47,699 bases of DNA from a virus (IMGVR_UViG_3300005512_000060:1-47699); one strand, 5' to 3'. Shown: positions 10,001-18,517, numbered from the stretch's first letter. Program-made: numbers and translations. The notes: generated by a model not told the origin, from the letters alone.

Positions 10001-10732
10001 ATGAAGAGATTGTTATTGCTAGTAATTGCCCTGGCGCTGATGTTGTCAGGGTGTTCGTTTATTCAGCAACCCATCCAGATAGATACCATCGAGGTGACAA
10101 GCCAAGGCGGGTTTATCTACCGTCCGTTGATAGGAAGCGGGGACGACTGGACCGTGCAGCCGGGAAACATCGAGATACTAGACTTTGGATCAGGACGCGA
10201 CAGATATGGAAATAAGACCGGGCTGCTTGATGACGAGACATGGACTATCAACGAAGTGACAATCCAACTGGACGAGAAGAACGAAGAAGACACCGTTTTC
10301 TGGCCGGCGAATCTGGATGCTAACCAGTGCGTATGGTTCCCGGGCTGGACAGCGCCGATGGAAGGCATTTCTGGTTTGCCGTATCCGATGTACCCGCTAG
10401 AGGGTTATCCATGGGATACATGCCAAACACACGTAATACCCGTTATGCCGTCACAGCTGGCGACAATAACAGCAACGGCGGTTGCGGAATGGATCGAAGT
10501 TGAGATCGTGCTGCCGGAACGCTCAGGCGGCGAGTACACTTTAGGCCTGCCAGGACACACACCAACGACTAGTAACGTGCTTACGGTGCGCCTGGGTTCA
10601 CCTCAGGAGATTCTGGCGACATGGACAAACGGGAATGCCGAGCGATCTTGGTTGTTCGTTGTGCCCGTTGATTGGTTTTGGGTTTCTGGAAGCTGGAGGA
10701 TACCAGTCGGGCCTAGTGGCGTATGTAATTAG
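10001..10732 (+). CDS. lipoprotein
   Basis: MKRLLLLVIALALMLSGC lipobox; GGGAGG RBS supports a start at 10001 rather than 9950. Confidence 0.75.
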   Translation: MKRLLLLVIALALMLSGCSFIQQPIQIDTIEVTSQGGFIYRPLIGSGDDWTVQPGNIEILDFGSGRDRYGNKTGLLDDETWTINEVTIQLDEKNEEDTVFWPANLDANQCVWFPGWTAPMEGISGLPYPMYPLEGYPWDTCQTHVIPVMPSQLATITATAVAEWIEVEIVLPERSGGEYTLGLPGHTPTTSNVLTVRLGSPQEILATWTNGNAERSWLFVVPVDWFWVSGSWRIPVGPSGVCN

Positions 10733-10783
10733 CTGATATACTAAACGTGCTCTTCTTTCACCTCCTTGGGAAGAGGGCCATTG

Positions 10784-10819
10784 ACGGGTCATGGCGCAAT
10801 GCTGTGGCCCGTTTCTTTT
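10784..10819 (+). terminator. rho-independent terminator ending the late region
   Basis: ACGGGTCATGGC-gcaat-GCTGTGGCCCGT stem followed by TTCTTTT. Confidence 0.75.
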
Positions 10820-10884
10820 GGACATTTGACCCATCTATCTGCGGACATAATCGCCGCGAAAACGAGACATATTCTTGTCAAGTC

Positions 10885-10936
10885 GCTTGATTTTCTTAAA
10901 TAAATGGTGTATGGTATAAGTATGAAAACAAAGGAG
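10885..10936 (+). promoter_or_regulatory. promoter/RBS cassette, copy 1
   Basis: TTGATT-17-TATGGT; 23-nt GTATAAGTATGAAAACAAAGGAG identical to 22713-22735. Confidence 0.7.
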
Positions 10937-10942
10937 ACAAAG

Positions 10943-11116
10943 ATGAACGTAACGGCGAACAAAGAATTCACGACGGCGGATGCAATTCGTTCTCTTATGA
11001 ACGAGTGGAACAAGACGAGGGCGGCATGGCTGAAAGCGTTCGGAACTGAAGACAGGTTTTCAGAGTGGTTCACCGACCACGCCGGATTTGGGAATAGCGG
11101 AAAGGAGGCCAAATGA
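10943..11116 (+). CDS. small early hypothetical protein
   Basis: AAGGAG RBS before ATG 10943. Confidence 0.55.
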   Translation: MNVTANKEFTTADAIRSLMNEWNKTRAAWLKAFGTEDRFSEWFTDHAGFGNSGKEAK

Positions 11117-11292
11117 CAATTGGACAGCGAATCAGAGAAGCGCGACTAGCGCAAGGGATGACGCAGCGCGAGCTGGCTAACAAGATGAACTACACAATAA
11201 CCTACGTTAGCCGCGTAGAGAACGGACATCAGAAGCCAAGCTCGCGGGCACTCATGGCGTTCGAGCGAGTTCTTGGGAGGCTAGTGAAATGA
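11113..11292 (+). CDS. XRE/Cro-family HTH regulator (59 aa; not in ORF track)
   Basis: MTIGQRIREARLAQGMTQRELANKMNYTITYVSRVENGHQKPS is a classic HTH_XRE; AGGAGG RBS. Confidence 0.85.
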   Translation: MTIGQRIREARLAQGMTQRELANKMNYTITYVSRVENGHQKPSSRALMAFERVLGRLVK

Positions 11293-11519
11293 AATACACA
11301 CACCACACGCACCGCTATACGCTGGCAGACGGGACCAAGGTGCTCTGGAATCGTATCCAGGGCTATTCAGCCGATGATTATGCGAGCCAGTGCCTTCGAC
11401 CGCTGACAAAGGCCGAGGCGCTTGAAGTGGAGCAGTTCGAGCTAGACGACGATGAAGCGTGGGCAGAGGAATGCGAGCGCGAGAAGGCGGCGAGTTTAGC
11501 GCATACCGATCTTTGGTGA
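11289..11519 (+). CDS. hypothetical protein
   Basis: ATGA overlap with the previous gene. Confidence 0.5.
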   Translation: MKYTHHTHRYTLADGTKVLWNRIQGYSADDYASQCLRPLTKAEALEVEQFELDDDEAWAEECEREKAASLAHTDLW

Positions 11520-11538
11520 AATTGAATCTCAAGGAGAA

Positions 11539-11730
11539 ATGATGAAAACGACAAAGGTACGAATCCCAACAACCGAAGAACTAGAAGCCATCGTGCTTGG
11601 GATGGGTTTGCGCATCATGGCGATCCGCGAAGAGGCAGGCGGCAAGACGTACACGCTTCAGGCTGGCAAGTTTTTGGTCGAGGTGCCATCTCGCGAGTGG
11701 TGGCGGATTGTTGAGGAGGGGGAGGCGTGA
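11539..11730 (+). CDS. hypothetical protein
   Basis: AAGGAG RBS. Confidence 0.5.
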   Translation: MMKTTKVRIPTTEELEAIVLGMGLRIMAIREEAGGKTYTLQAGKFLVEVPSREWWRIVEEGEA

Positions 11731-11972
11731 TGGCGACGGTAATTTATAGGCATGCAGAACCTGCGGACAGATTCTATGTACGCATCGTTGATGGCAAGTA
11801 CGCGTACGCGACAATCAAGATACGTAATCCATTTTCGGGCAATGATGTGTATATCTTCACCCCTAACGGCATCAATAACGCGCGAGACTATCTCGTTGAG
11901 TTTCGCGACGCGCTTCAGGGAGCAATCGACACGCTGACGAAAATGGACGAAGCGTGCAAGGAGGCAGAATGA
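11727..11972 (+). CDS. hypothetical protein
   Basis: GGAGG RBS; coupled to neighbours. Confidence 0.55.
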   Translation: MMATVIYRHAEPADRFYVRIVDGKYAYATIKIRNPFSGNDVYIFTPNGINNARDYLVEFRDALQGAIDTLTKMDEACKEAE

Positions 11973-12619
11973 GCGAGAACCTAGCGACATGGGATAAGTT
12001 GAGTCGCCCACCAGCAACAGCGTTGAAGCGAATCGCGGGAGGGCGTCTGGTTGGAATGACAGACATCAATCCACAGTGGCGATTGCAGATGATGACTGAG
12101 CATTTCGGGCCAATTGGCGTCGGATGGTATTATGAGCAACTGGACAGATGGACGGAACCAGGGGCGAGTGAAGAAGCAATGTGCTTCGTCTCGATCAATC
12201 TGTACGTGAAGGTTGACGGCGACTGGTCCAAGCCAATCTACGGGATTGGAGGATCGAAGGTGGTCGCATTTGAGAAAGGTAAGCCGCACAGCAACGACGA
12301 GGGCTACAAGATGGCAACAACCGACGCCCTAAGCGTGGCCATGAAGGAAATCGGTGTTGGCGCTGCGATCTATCAAGGGCTATGGGATGGATCGAAGTAC
12401 GTCGATCTGGTTGAAGGTGACGAGGCTGAGGCTGTAGCTAACTGGCTCAAGCGGTGCGAAGAAGCGAGTAACTCAGACGCAGAGAAGTTCGCTCCATGGT
12501 GGAAAAAGGTCGGCGATCAGGTCAAGGAAGATTGCGGCATTGAGGGCGCGGCACAAGTTCACGACGCTTACAAGACCTATCTCTCACGCTTGAAGGCTGA
12601 GGCCAATGATAAGGCATAG
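11969..12619 (+). CDS. Rad52/Sak-like single-strand annealing protein
   Basis: TDINPQWR..MTEHFGPIGVGW and DEGYKMATTDAL..AMKEIGVGA.IY motifs; next to the exonuclease. Confidence 0.75.
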   Translation: MSENLATWDKLSRPPATALKRIAGGRLVGMTDINPQWRLQMMTEHFGPIGVGWYYEQLDRWTEPGASEEAMCFVSINLYVKVDGDWSKPIYGIGGSKVVAFEKGKPHSNDEGYKMATTDALSVAMKEIGVGAAIYQGLWDGSKYVDLVEGDEAEAVANWLKRCEEASNSDAEKFAPWWKKVGDQVKEDCGIEGAAQVHDAYKTYLSRLKAEANDKA

Positions 12620-13208
12620 CCACGATCAATACTCGGAGGAATGGTGGGAGGCAAGACGCGGTCTCCCAACCGCCTCACAGTTCGCCAGGATCGTGACGAG
12701 CAAAGGTGAGCCGTCGAAGCAGCGAACCAAGTACCTATACGAATGCGCAGCAACAAGACTGACCGGCATCTACAAGGACAGCTTCACATCAGCAGCGATG
12801 CAAGAAGGCCACGATCGCGAGGCAATCTCTCGCATGATCTACGCGATGGAGCGTGAGGTTGTTGTAGATGAGGTCGGGTTCTGCATAAGCGATTGCGGGC
12901 GATGGGGCGCAAGCCCCGACGGGCTAATAGGCAATGACGGCCTGCTTGAGCTAAAGAATCCATCAGCGCATACGCACCTTGAATATCTTATCAAAGGCAA
13001 GCTCCCATCCGCATACGTTCAACAGGTACAAGGCGAGCTATTAGTGACCGGATACAGCTGGGCAGACTTCTGTTCGTATTCTCCTAAGTTGCCGCTGTTC
13101 ATCGTGCGCGTTGAGCCTGACAGCGGATTCTTGAAGAAGTTGGAAGCGGCCCTCATTGAGTTCTGCGAAGAGCTTGACGAGGTGTGCGAGAAGATCAAGG
13201 AGGCGTGA
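12606..13208 (+). CDS. YqaJ/lambda-exonuclease family protein
   Basis: Q.SEEWWEARRG.PTAS, GASPDG, LELKNP and Y..QVQGEL motifs. Confidence 0.9.
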   Translation: MIRHSHDQYSEEWWEARRGLPTASQFARIVTSKGEPSKQRTKYLYECAATRLTGIYKDSFTSAAMQEGHDREAISRMIYAMEREVVVDEVGFCISDCGRWGASPDGLIGNDGLLELKNPSAHTHLEYLIKGKLPSAYVQQVQGELLVTGYSWADFCSYSPKLPLFIVRVEPDSGFLKKLEAALIEFCEELDEVCEKIKEA

Positions 13209-13486
13209 TGGATACGGTACGGATCGACCGCGAGATACTGGAAGAGCTGCGCGACTGGTTATGCTGCCCACAGCAAACGCGAGACGGAATGCAAACACAT
13301 CGCGCCGAGTCTGAGGGAATCGACCATCTGTTAGTTGGGATCTGGGACGCACTGGAAGGACTGATAGTCTGCAAGGCCTGCGGAAACCACTGGACTAAAG
13401 ATAAATACGAAGAGCTGAGGCCTATCGATGCGTCGGTTGGATACTGTCCTTCATGCGGCGAAAGTGGCGAGGTTGAGGAGGAATGA
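13208..13486 (+). CDS. zinc-ribbon protein
   Basis: CKACG...CPSCG. Confidence 0.55.
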   Translation: MDTVRIDREILEELRDWLCCPQQTRDGMQTHRAESEGIDHLLVGIWDALEGLIVCKACGNHWTKDKYEELRPIDASVGYCPSCGESGEVEEE

Positions 13487-14007
13487 TGGCATACAACGGC
13501 AAGCTGATTAGTGTGTCTGACAAAGCCAACAAGTGGGGCGTCTTAATCGACACTGACGATAAAGGCAAGGTGTGGTTCGACGTATGGGACAAGAAGCTGG
13601 CCGGCGAATCCAGTGCTGAGCACGAAGCAGTCTGCGATATCCACGACTGGAAAGGCCAGAGGGTACGATTTGAGGCAACACGCGGAAAGCTGCGCGATCC
13701 AGACGGTCCAGAGGATGGAGAGCGGTGGAATGCGACGATAACAGATATCGCCTTAGAAGAAGGCGGACCAGAGAAGCCTATCACAGAGATGGTAGAGGAC
13801 GAGCTTGTCGCTGAGGCAAAGCGAGAGGTATCACAGCCGGAGCCTAGCGGCGAACAGGCAGAAGAACACGCAGAACCTGAAAGCGACGATCTGACGCGAT
13901 TACAAATGGAGCTAATGAACGTGCAAGCAAAGTGGTTCTCCGAGGTGCGGCGCCAGCTGAACGATTGCATTGCGCGGTACGAGGAGCTTGCAAAGAGAGG
14001 AGCATGA
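13483..14007 (+). CDS. hypothetical protein, possible ssDNA-binding OB-fold
   Basis: Beta-rich N-terminal half, acidic linker, position in the recombination module. Confidence 0.45.
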   Translation: MMAYNGKLISVSDKANKWGVLIDTDDKGKVWFDVWDKKLAGESSAEHEAVCDIHDWKGQRVRFEATRGKLRDPDGPEDGERWNATITDIALEEGGPEKPITEMVEDELVAEAKREVSQPEPSGEQAEEHAEPESDDLTRLQMELMNVQAKWFSEVRRQLNDCIARYEELAKRGA

Positions 14008-14231
14008 TGTCACAAAAGGACGAAATACTGACTGCGTTGCAAAAGGGAGAGGCATTGACCCGCATGGATTGCCTGATGCGTTTTGGCTGCGCAAAAGCGC
14101 CTGCAAGGATCGCCGAACTGCGTCAGTCAGGATGGCCGATAGAAACCGAGATCATAGAATCATCCGGAAAGCGGTTCGCACGGTGGCGCATGAAAGAAGC
14201 TGGAGAGGATGTAAGGCATGACCCAGCGTGA
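14004..14231 (+). CDS. winged-helix HTH protein
   Basis: SQKDEILTALQKGEALTRMDC..FGC..APARIAELRQSGWPIET; GAGGAG RBS before ATG 14004. Confidence 0.75.
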   Translation: MMSQKDEILTALQKGEALTRMDCLMRFGCAKAPARIAELRQSGWPIETEIIESSGKRFARWRMKEAGEDVRHDPA

Positions 14232-15141
14232 CGCCATACTAGCCGCGCTAAAACGCGGGGAGAAGCTAACCAAGCTTGATTGCCTTCACCGTTTTGGTTG
14301 CACGGCTCCATCGAGCGCGATAAATGCGCTGCGCAAAGCTGGCCATCAAATCCCGCATCCAACGATGTGCCACGAAAACGGACACCGGTTTGCAGTGTGG
14401 GAAATGCCGATATGTGAACCGGAACAGGCAAGCGAGCCAGAAAGCGCAAGGAGCGAGGAGACGCCGATGAGCTTGACGATGAAAGAGAAACAGGCAGTGA
14501 CACGCCAACTAGCGATGGAGTACAAGCGGGCAACGAAGAAGCAAAAAGGCAGCATCCTCGACACATTGACCGAACTCGCTGGATACAACCGTTCTTACGC
14601 CGCAAGGGTATTGCGACAACGAGCCAAGTATGTTGTTGTAGCAAGAGGTGTCGCCCGAGGCGTTAAGGTGACGTTGGTTGAGGATGAACGCACCAAACGT
14701 AAGAGAACGAAAGATGAATGGGTAGACGTCAAAAAGGCTGTAGCAATCAGCGGCACGACCGAGGGTTATCTGAGGGAGGTGTCATATAGGCTTGGATGGG
14801 AAACGAAGTTGGCGTTGGTGAATGGCCACAATCGCAAGTATTACAAGCTCCGCGACATCGAGAAATACGCCGCAAGCAGGCGGGAACAGATGCAACCGTT
14901 GCGTCAAAGCAAAGGCCATATCACTGCTAAGCTTGTGAAATGGGCGAACGGCCTGAAGCGGTGGCCATCAGACAAAGCCATCGAGGAGCGCGTAACGGAC
15001 ATCTATCGCAAGCCGGACATTGAGAGCATCTTAGACACTAGGGTCTTTCGCAAGGTGAAAGGGAAGTATCTCAAGCCGCTGAGGTATCCGGCGATGCGGC
15101 GAGATAACACCTTGCATAGCACCTGGCATGAAACTAGATAA
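14218..15141 (+). CDS. chimeric DNA-binding protein: winged HTH + IS-transposase N-terminal fragment + further helical domain
   Basis: N-terminus is paralogous to the 14004 ORF; internal MSLTMKEKQAVTRQLAMEYKRATKKQKGSILD...GYNRSYAARVL. Confidence 0.65.
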   Translation: MTQRDAILAALKRGEKLTKLDCLHRFGCTAPSSAINALRKAGHQIPHPTMCHENGHRFAVWEMPICEPEQASEPESARSEETPMSLTMKEKQAVTRQLAMEYKRATKKQKGSILDTLTELAGYNRSYAARVLRQRAKYVVVARGVARGVKVTLVEDERTKRKRTKDEWVDVKKAVAISGTTEGYLREVSYRLGWETKLALVNGHNRKYYKLRDIEKYAASRREQMQPLRQSKGHITAKLVKWANGLKRWPSDKAIEERVTDIYRKPDIESILDTRVFRKVKGKYLKPLRYPAMRRDNTLHSTWHETR

Positions 15142-15214
15142 CCGCACCCTCGAAGAACAGATCCGCGCCATTGGAGAGGAGGAAACGTGACCAATAACCA
15201 CATCCGGGCAACGC

Positions 15215-15243
15215 TGGACTTCATCCCAATCGATCGGTATAAT
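15215..15243 (+). promoter_or_regulatory. sigma70-type promoter for the replication gene
   Basis: TGGACT-17 nt-TATAAT. Confidence 0.7.
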
Positions 15244-15249
15244 CTGGCC

Positions 15250-15319
15250 TGTGGGCGAGGCTCGTCATGGGTCTTGTCCGCCAGGACGTCCCTCTATCGG
15301 GGCGCAGTCCTCGCCCACA
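15250..15319 (+). ncRNA. candidate cloverleaf-like leader/antisense RNA
   Basis: 11-bp closing stem TGTGGGCGAGG/CCTCGCCCACA with two internal hairpins; begins at the predicted TSS. Confidence 0.55.
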
Positions 15320-15347
15320 CATAACTCGCCGATAGGAGTTGATAGGC

Positions 15348-16484
15348 ATGGCAGAACTCATAAGGCTTGAACATCGTTGCGACGAACGATTCAAGACAAT
15401 CGACCTAACAATAATCGAAGACATAACCATTTCTTGGAAAGCAAAAGGGCTTCATACGTATCTCATATCACGGCCTCCTGGATGGAAGCTATGGCATGAA
15501 GATCTTGTAAAGCGTTCGACAGATGGCAAAGCGTCACTGAGATCTGCAACGGATGAATTAAGGGCTTCTGGTTATCTAAAGATCGAAATGCTCGCCCCAG
15601 ATGAGAAAGGGCGTTTTACTGGATATAAATGGACAGTAGCCCAAGTTCCGTGCCTGCTTGAAGAACAAGAACCCGCGCCCCTTCTATCTAGCCCGGAGTC
15701 CGAAAATCAGACTTCGGACAGTTGTCCAGAGTCCGATTATCCGGCTACGGGTAACCCGGCTACGGGTAATCGGCCCTTTAGTAAGAAACAAGGTCTAATA
15801 AGTAACATAGGTAATAAGAAACAAACAACTCCTTCGGACAAGCCGAAGATGAAGAAAGAAGATCTCACACGCCTAACTGAGAAGTTCGCAAAGCTTCAGG
15901 GCGTACGGCCTCGCGGCAAGGCGTGGCTTCCCATCCAACAGGGCATGAAGGCGATGGCTGTTCATGAAGACTACTCGCTGGATGAGATCGAAGGTTGCAT
16001 GATTAGAATGAATGAACTTGGCTGGACGTGGACGATGGCAACGCTTAGACGTTGGATAGCAGCGTTTGCAGCCGGAAAGATGCCAGACAAATCAGGCAAC
16101 GAATCTGGCAAACCACTGCCGCCAGAATACCAGAAGATCGAGGACCGGCTGCGCATGGCGCACGATCCGACCGTATACGATAAACAACCCGCGTCGTTTC
16201 TTGGTCCTAATCGCCACTGGGAGGATTACAAGGACGCACCCAAGCGAAATGGCAACGGAAAACAACTGCCGCCAGAATACCAGAAGATCGAGGACCGGCT
16301 GCGCATGGCGCACGATCCGACTGTATACGATCAAGGGAGAATAGGCGCAAGGAGGCAAGATGAAGCGAAATGGCAACGGAAAACAACTGCCGCCAGAATA
16401 CCAGAAGATCGAGGACCGGCTGCGCATGGCGCACGATCCGACTGTATACGATCAAGGGAGAATAGGCGCAAGGAGGCAAGATGA
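15348..16484 (+). CDS. phage replication initiator (HTH N-terminus); 3' end affected by duplications
   Basis: ISWKAKGLHTYLISRPPGW..STDGK.S......EL...GYL; C-terminal KQPASFLGPNRHWEDY. Confidence 0.75.
   Translation: MAELIRLEHRCDERFKTIDLTIIEDITISWKAKGLHTYLISRPPGWKLWHEDLVKRSTDGKASLRSATDELRASGYLKIEMLAPDEKGRFTGYKWTVAQVPCLLEEQEPAPLLSSPESENQTSDSCPESDYPATGNPATGNRPFSKKQGLISNIGNKKQTTPSDKPKMKKEDLTRLTEKFAKLQGVRPRGKAWLPIQQGMKAMAVHEDYSLDEIEGCMIRMNELGWTWTMATLRRWIAAFAAGKMPDKSGNESGKPLPPEYQKIEDRLRMAHDPTVYDKQPASFLGPNRHWEDYKDAPKRNGNGKQLPPEYQKIEDRLRMAHDPTVYDQGRIGARRQDEAKWQRKTTAARIPEDRGPAAHGARSDCIRSRENRRKEAR
15692..15830 (+). repeat. iteron-like repeats plus A-rich tract (candidate origin)
   Basis: GAGTCCGA twice; CCGGCTACGGGTAA(C/T) in tandem at 15741-15770; then an A-rich run. 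Confidence 0.5.
16115..16483 (+). repeat. exact 121-bp tandem duplication plus an upstream 67-bp near-identical copy
   Basis: 16242-16362 is identical to 16363-16483; 16115-16181 matches 16265-16331 with one mismatch. Confidence 0.9.
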
Positions 16485-17182
16485 AGATCAGAGCCAAGAC
16501 GTTGATGTGCGGTGAAGTTGAGCTACAAGGAAAAGACCACGAGAACGTCATAGTGCTTGGAGCAATCTGTAATGATTGGCGTATTGGTGGCGGTGTGCAT
16601 GTTGTGATGCCAGAAGCAGAACTTGTAGCCCTGGAAGAGGACAACGCGAAACTCGTAGAGACTGCGAAGCATCTTGACATCGGAGCGACGAAGCTGCTAA
16701 CAGACAACGCTCGGAAGGATAAGGCGATCATTGGTGTCATTGCATGGGCTAAGGGCGAAAGTGGCACGCTATGGGACGATGAACTGCGACGGCTCAAAGC
16801 TGCCCTCACCGGCTCGTTGTCAGGCAGCAGCAACGAACAGATCAAGAAATTCGACACAGCCCAAGAGCTAATAGACGATCTAAACGCAGACAATCTGGAG
16901 GAACGAGAATCGGATTGCCTGACGCCAGATGGCGAAAAGACAGACAAATTGCACGACAGATTTGCCGAGATGATTGACGAGCTGCCACAGACAGGCGATG
17001 CACTTACGTGCGAATGGCGGCAGAGCGATCTTTGGGATACTCCTGACGTTTGGGAAACAGAATGCGGAAATATGTTCTACTTCGGTGACGGAAAGCCATT
17101 GGAGGATGGAATTGATTACTGCTGCTATTGTGGCAAGAAGATAGTCCGCGTTGATGCCAAGATCGAGGATGATGACGAATGA
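16481..17182 (+). CDS. hypothetical mosaic protein with C-terminal zinc ribbon
   Basis: AGGAGG RBS; WETECG...YCCYCGKKI. Confidence 0.6.
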   Translation: MKIRAKTLMCGEVELQGKDHENVIVLGAICNDWRIGGGVHVVMPEAELVALEEDNAKLVETAKHLDIGATKLLTDNARKDKAIIGVIAWAKGESGTLWDDELRRLKAALTGSLSGSSNEQIKKFDTAQELIDDLNADNLEERESDCLTPDGEKTDKLHDRFAEMIDELPQTGDALTCEWRQSDLWDTPDVWETECGNMFYFGDGKPLEDGIDYCCYCGKKIVRVDAKIEDDDE

Positions 17183-17715
17183 AGACAATCGTTCTGCGCG
17201 AGGCTGGGTACGACGAAGCGATGTTGGGCCTATCCCTAAGCTACAACCAAGACGTGAAGAACATGCCGAAGGTTGCTCGAAAGCTAACCAAGAGAGGCGG
17301 ATCGCACGAGAAGTTTCTTGAGTCTATCGCCATCTGGCTAGACGTAACAGCGCCGCGATATTGGTGGAGCCAGTTTGACACTTATCGCATTGGGGTCACA
17401 AAGCAGAGTGAGTCAACGATGCACACAATACTCAACAGGCCGCTTGGCAAGGAAGACTTCGAGCATAGCGATATCTATGCTCCGCACTTGAAGAGCCTGA
17501 ATACACTAATCGCTCGAGGTGACTTCGATAGCGTTAAGAGGCATCTGCCAGAGGCATTCTTGCAGCGGCGAATCGTCTGCACGAATTACAAGGCGATGAA
17601 GAACATCTACAAGCAGCGGATCGACCACAAGCTGCGCGAGTGGCAAGAGTTTCTGATGGATGTTGTGCTGTGTTTAGAGCATCCTGAGTTTATCGTTCAG
17701 AAGGAGGGAGTGTGA
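17179..17715 (+). CDS. ThyX-like (flavin-dependent thymidylate synthase fold) protein
   Basis: SHEKFLE..APRYWWSQFDTYRIG...SESTMH..LP..FLQRR..NYK....IY.QR..HKL.EW. Confidence 0.7.
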   Translation: MKTIVLREAGYDEAMLGLSLSYNQDVKNMPKVARKLTKRGGSHEKFLESIAIWLDVTAPRYWWSQFDTYRIGVTKQSESTMHTILNRPLGKEDFEHSDIYAPHLKSLNTLIARGDFDSVKRHLPEAFLQRRIVCTNYKAMKNIYKQRIDHKLREWQEFLMDVVLCLEHPEFIVQKEGV

Positions 17716-17912
17716 AGCTGGCAGACGGGATCGTTGGAGCGCTTGTGGAAGACGGATGCCTGATAACAAAGGAGGCGAATGAGATCATCGCCGCGAAGCT
17801 TGAGCCGATAAAGGAAGCTTTAGAATCAATCGAGTATCTCGTAATCGCAGACGATATTGCTTTGTCGTATGTGCGACCGGCCCTAGCACTGCTCTCTGAG
17901 GAGGACGAATGA
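17712..17912 (+). CDS. hypothetical protein
   Basis: AGGAGG RBS, GTG start, coupled to neighbours. Confidence 0.5.
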   Translation: MKLADGIVGALVEDGCLITKEANEIIAAKLEPIKEALESIEYLVIADDIALSYVRPALALLSEEDE

Positions 17913-18469
17913 AAGGACTACTAACTGACGAACAAATAGCATATCGATGCATAGACGAATCGATGCTAGATCCATTCATACCTGATCAGTGCGGAAAGCC
18001 TTCGTATGGCTTGGGGAGCGTTGGTTATGACCTTAGACTGGGAACCAAGTTTCTGGTACATCAAGCATACAAAACAGAGTGCCTTGACCCACGACAGGAC
18101 AATAGCTGCCTGTTCAAGCTCGTAGAGGTCTATGACGTGTTCTATTTGCAACCGCACACGCAGGTATTGGGTGAGACCGCCGAATGGTTCAACATGCCGG
18201 AAGATGTGACGTCAATCATCCTTGGCAAATCGTCGTATGCACGGTTGGGTTTGTTAGTCAATTGCACGCCAGCAGAGCCCGGGTGGAGGGGTATTCTAAC
18301 ACTGGAGCTTGCTAACTTGTCAGCTTTGCCGATTGCGTTGCACGTTGGGCAGGGTATTGCTCAAGCGCTGTTCTTCCAAAGCGACATACCAGACCGGACG
18401 TATGCTGAGAAAGAAACGAATGGTGGATATCAGAATCAGAAGGGCGTTACGTTGCCGAATCAGGGTTGA
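17909..18469 (+). CDS. dcd: dCTP deaminase
   Basis: SYGL.S.GYDLRL, GKSSYARLGL, TPAEPGWRG.LTLE, GIAQ and YQNQKGVTLP motifs. Confidence 0.9.
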   Translation: MKGLLTDEQIAYRCIDESMLDPFIPDQCGKPSYGLGSVGYDLRLGTKFLVHQAYKTECLDPRQDNSCLFKLVEVYDVFYLQPHTQVLGETAEWFNMPEDVTSIILGKSSYARLGLLVNCTPAEPGWRGILTLELANLSALPIALHVGQGIAQALFFQSDIPDRTYAEKETNGGYQNQKGVTLPNQG

Positions 18470-18494
18470 CAAAGCGCGCGCTGTATAGTATAGT
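18466..18494 (+). promoter_or_regulatory. near-consensus sigma70 promoter
   Basis: TTGACA-17 nt-TATAGT. Confidence 0.8.
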
Positions 18495-18517
18495 TTATTG
18501 TTAGTACGGGAGGAACG

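Noticed and set aside
14467-14706. Intact insertion sequence
   Set aside because: Only the N-terminal fragment is present; no catalytic domain, terminal inverted repeats or target duplication were seen.
15250-15319. tRNA gene
   Set aside because: Branched structure, but no TTCRA T-loop, D-loop consensus or 7-nt anticodon loop.
16115-16483. Diversity-generating retroelement template/variable repeat pair (also considered for 6531-6776)
   Set aside because: No reverse transcriptase in the window and no adenine-specific mismatches between copies.
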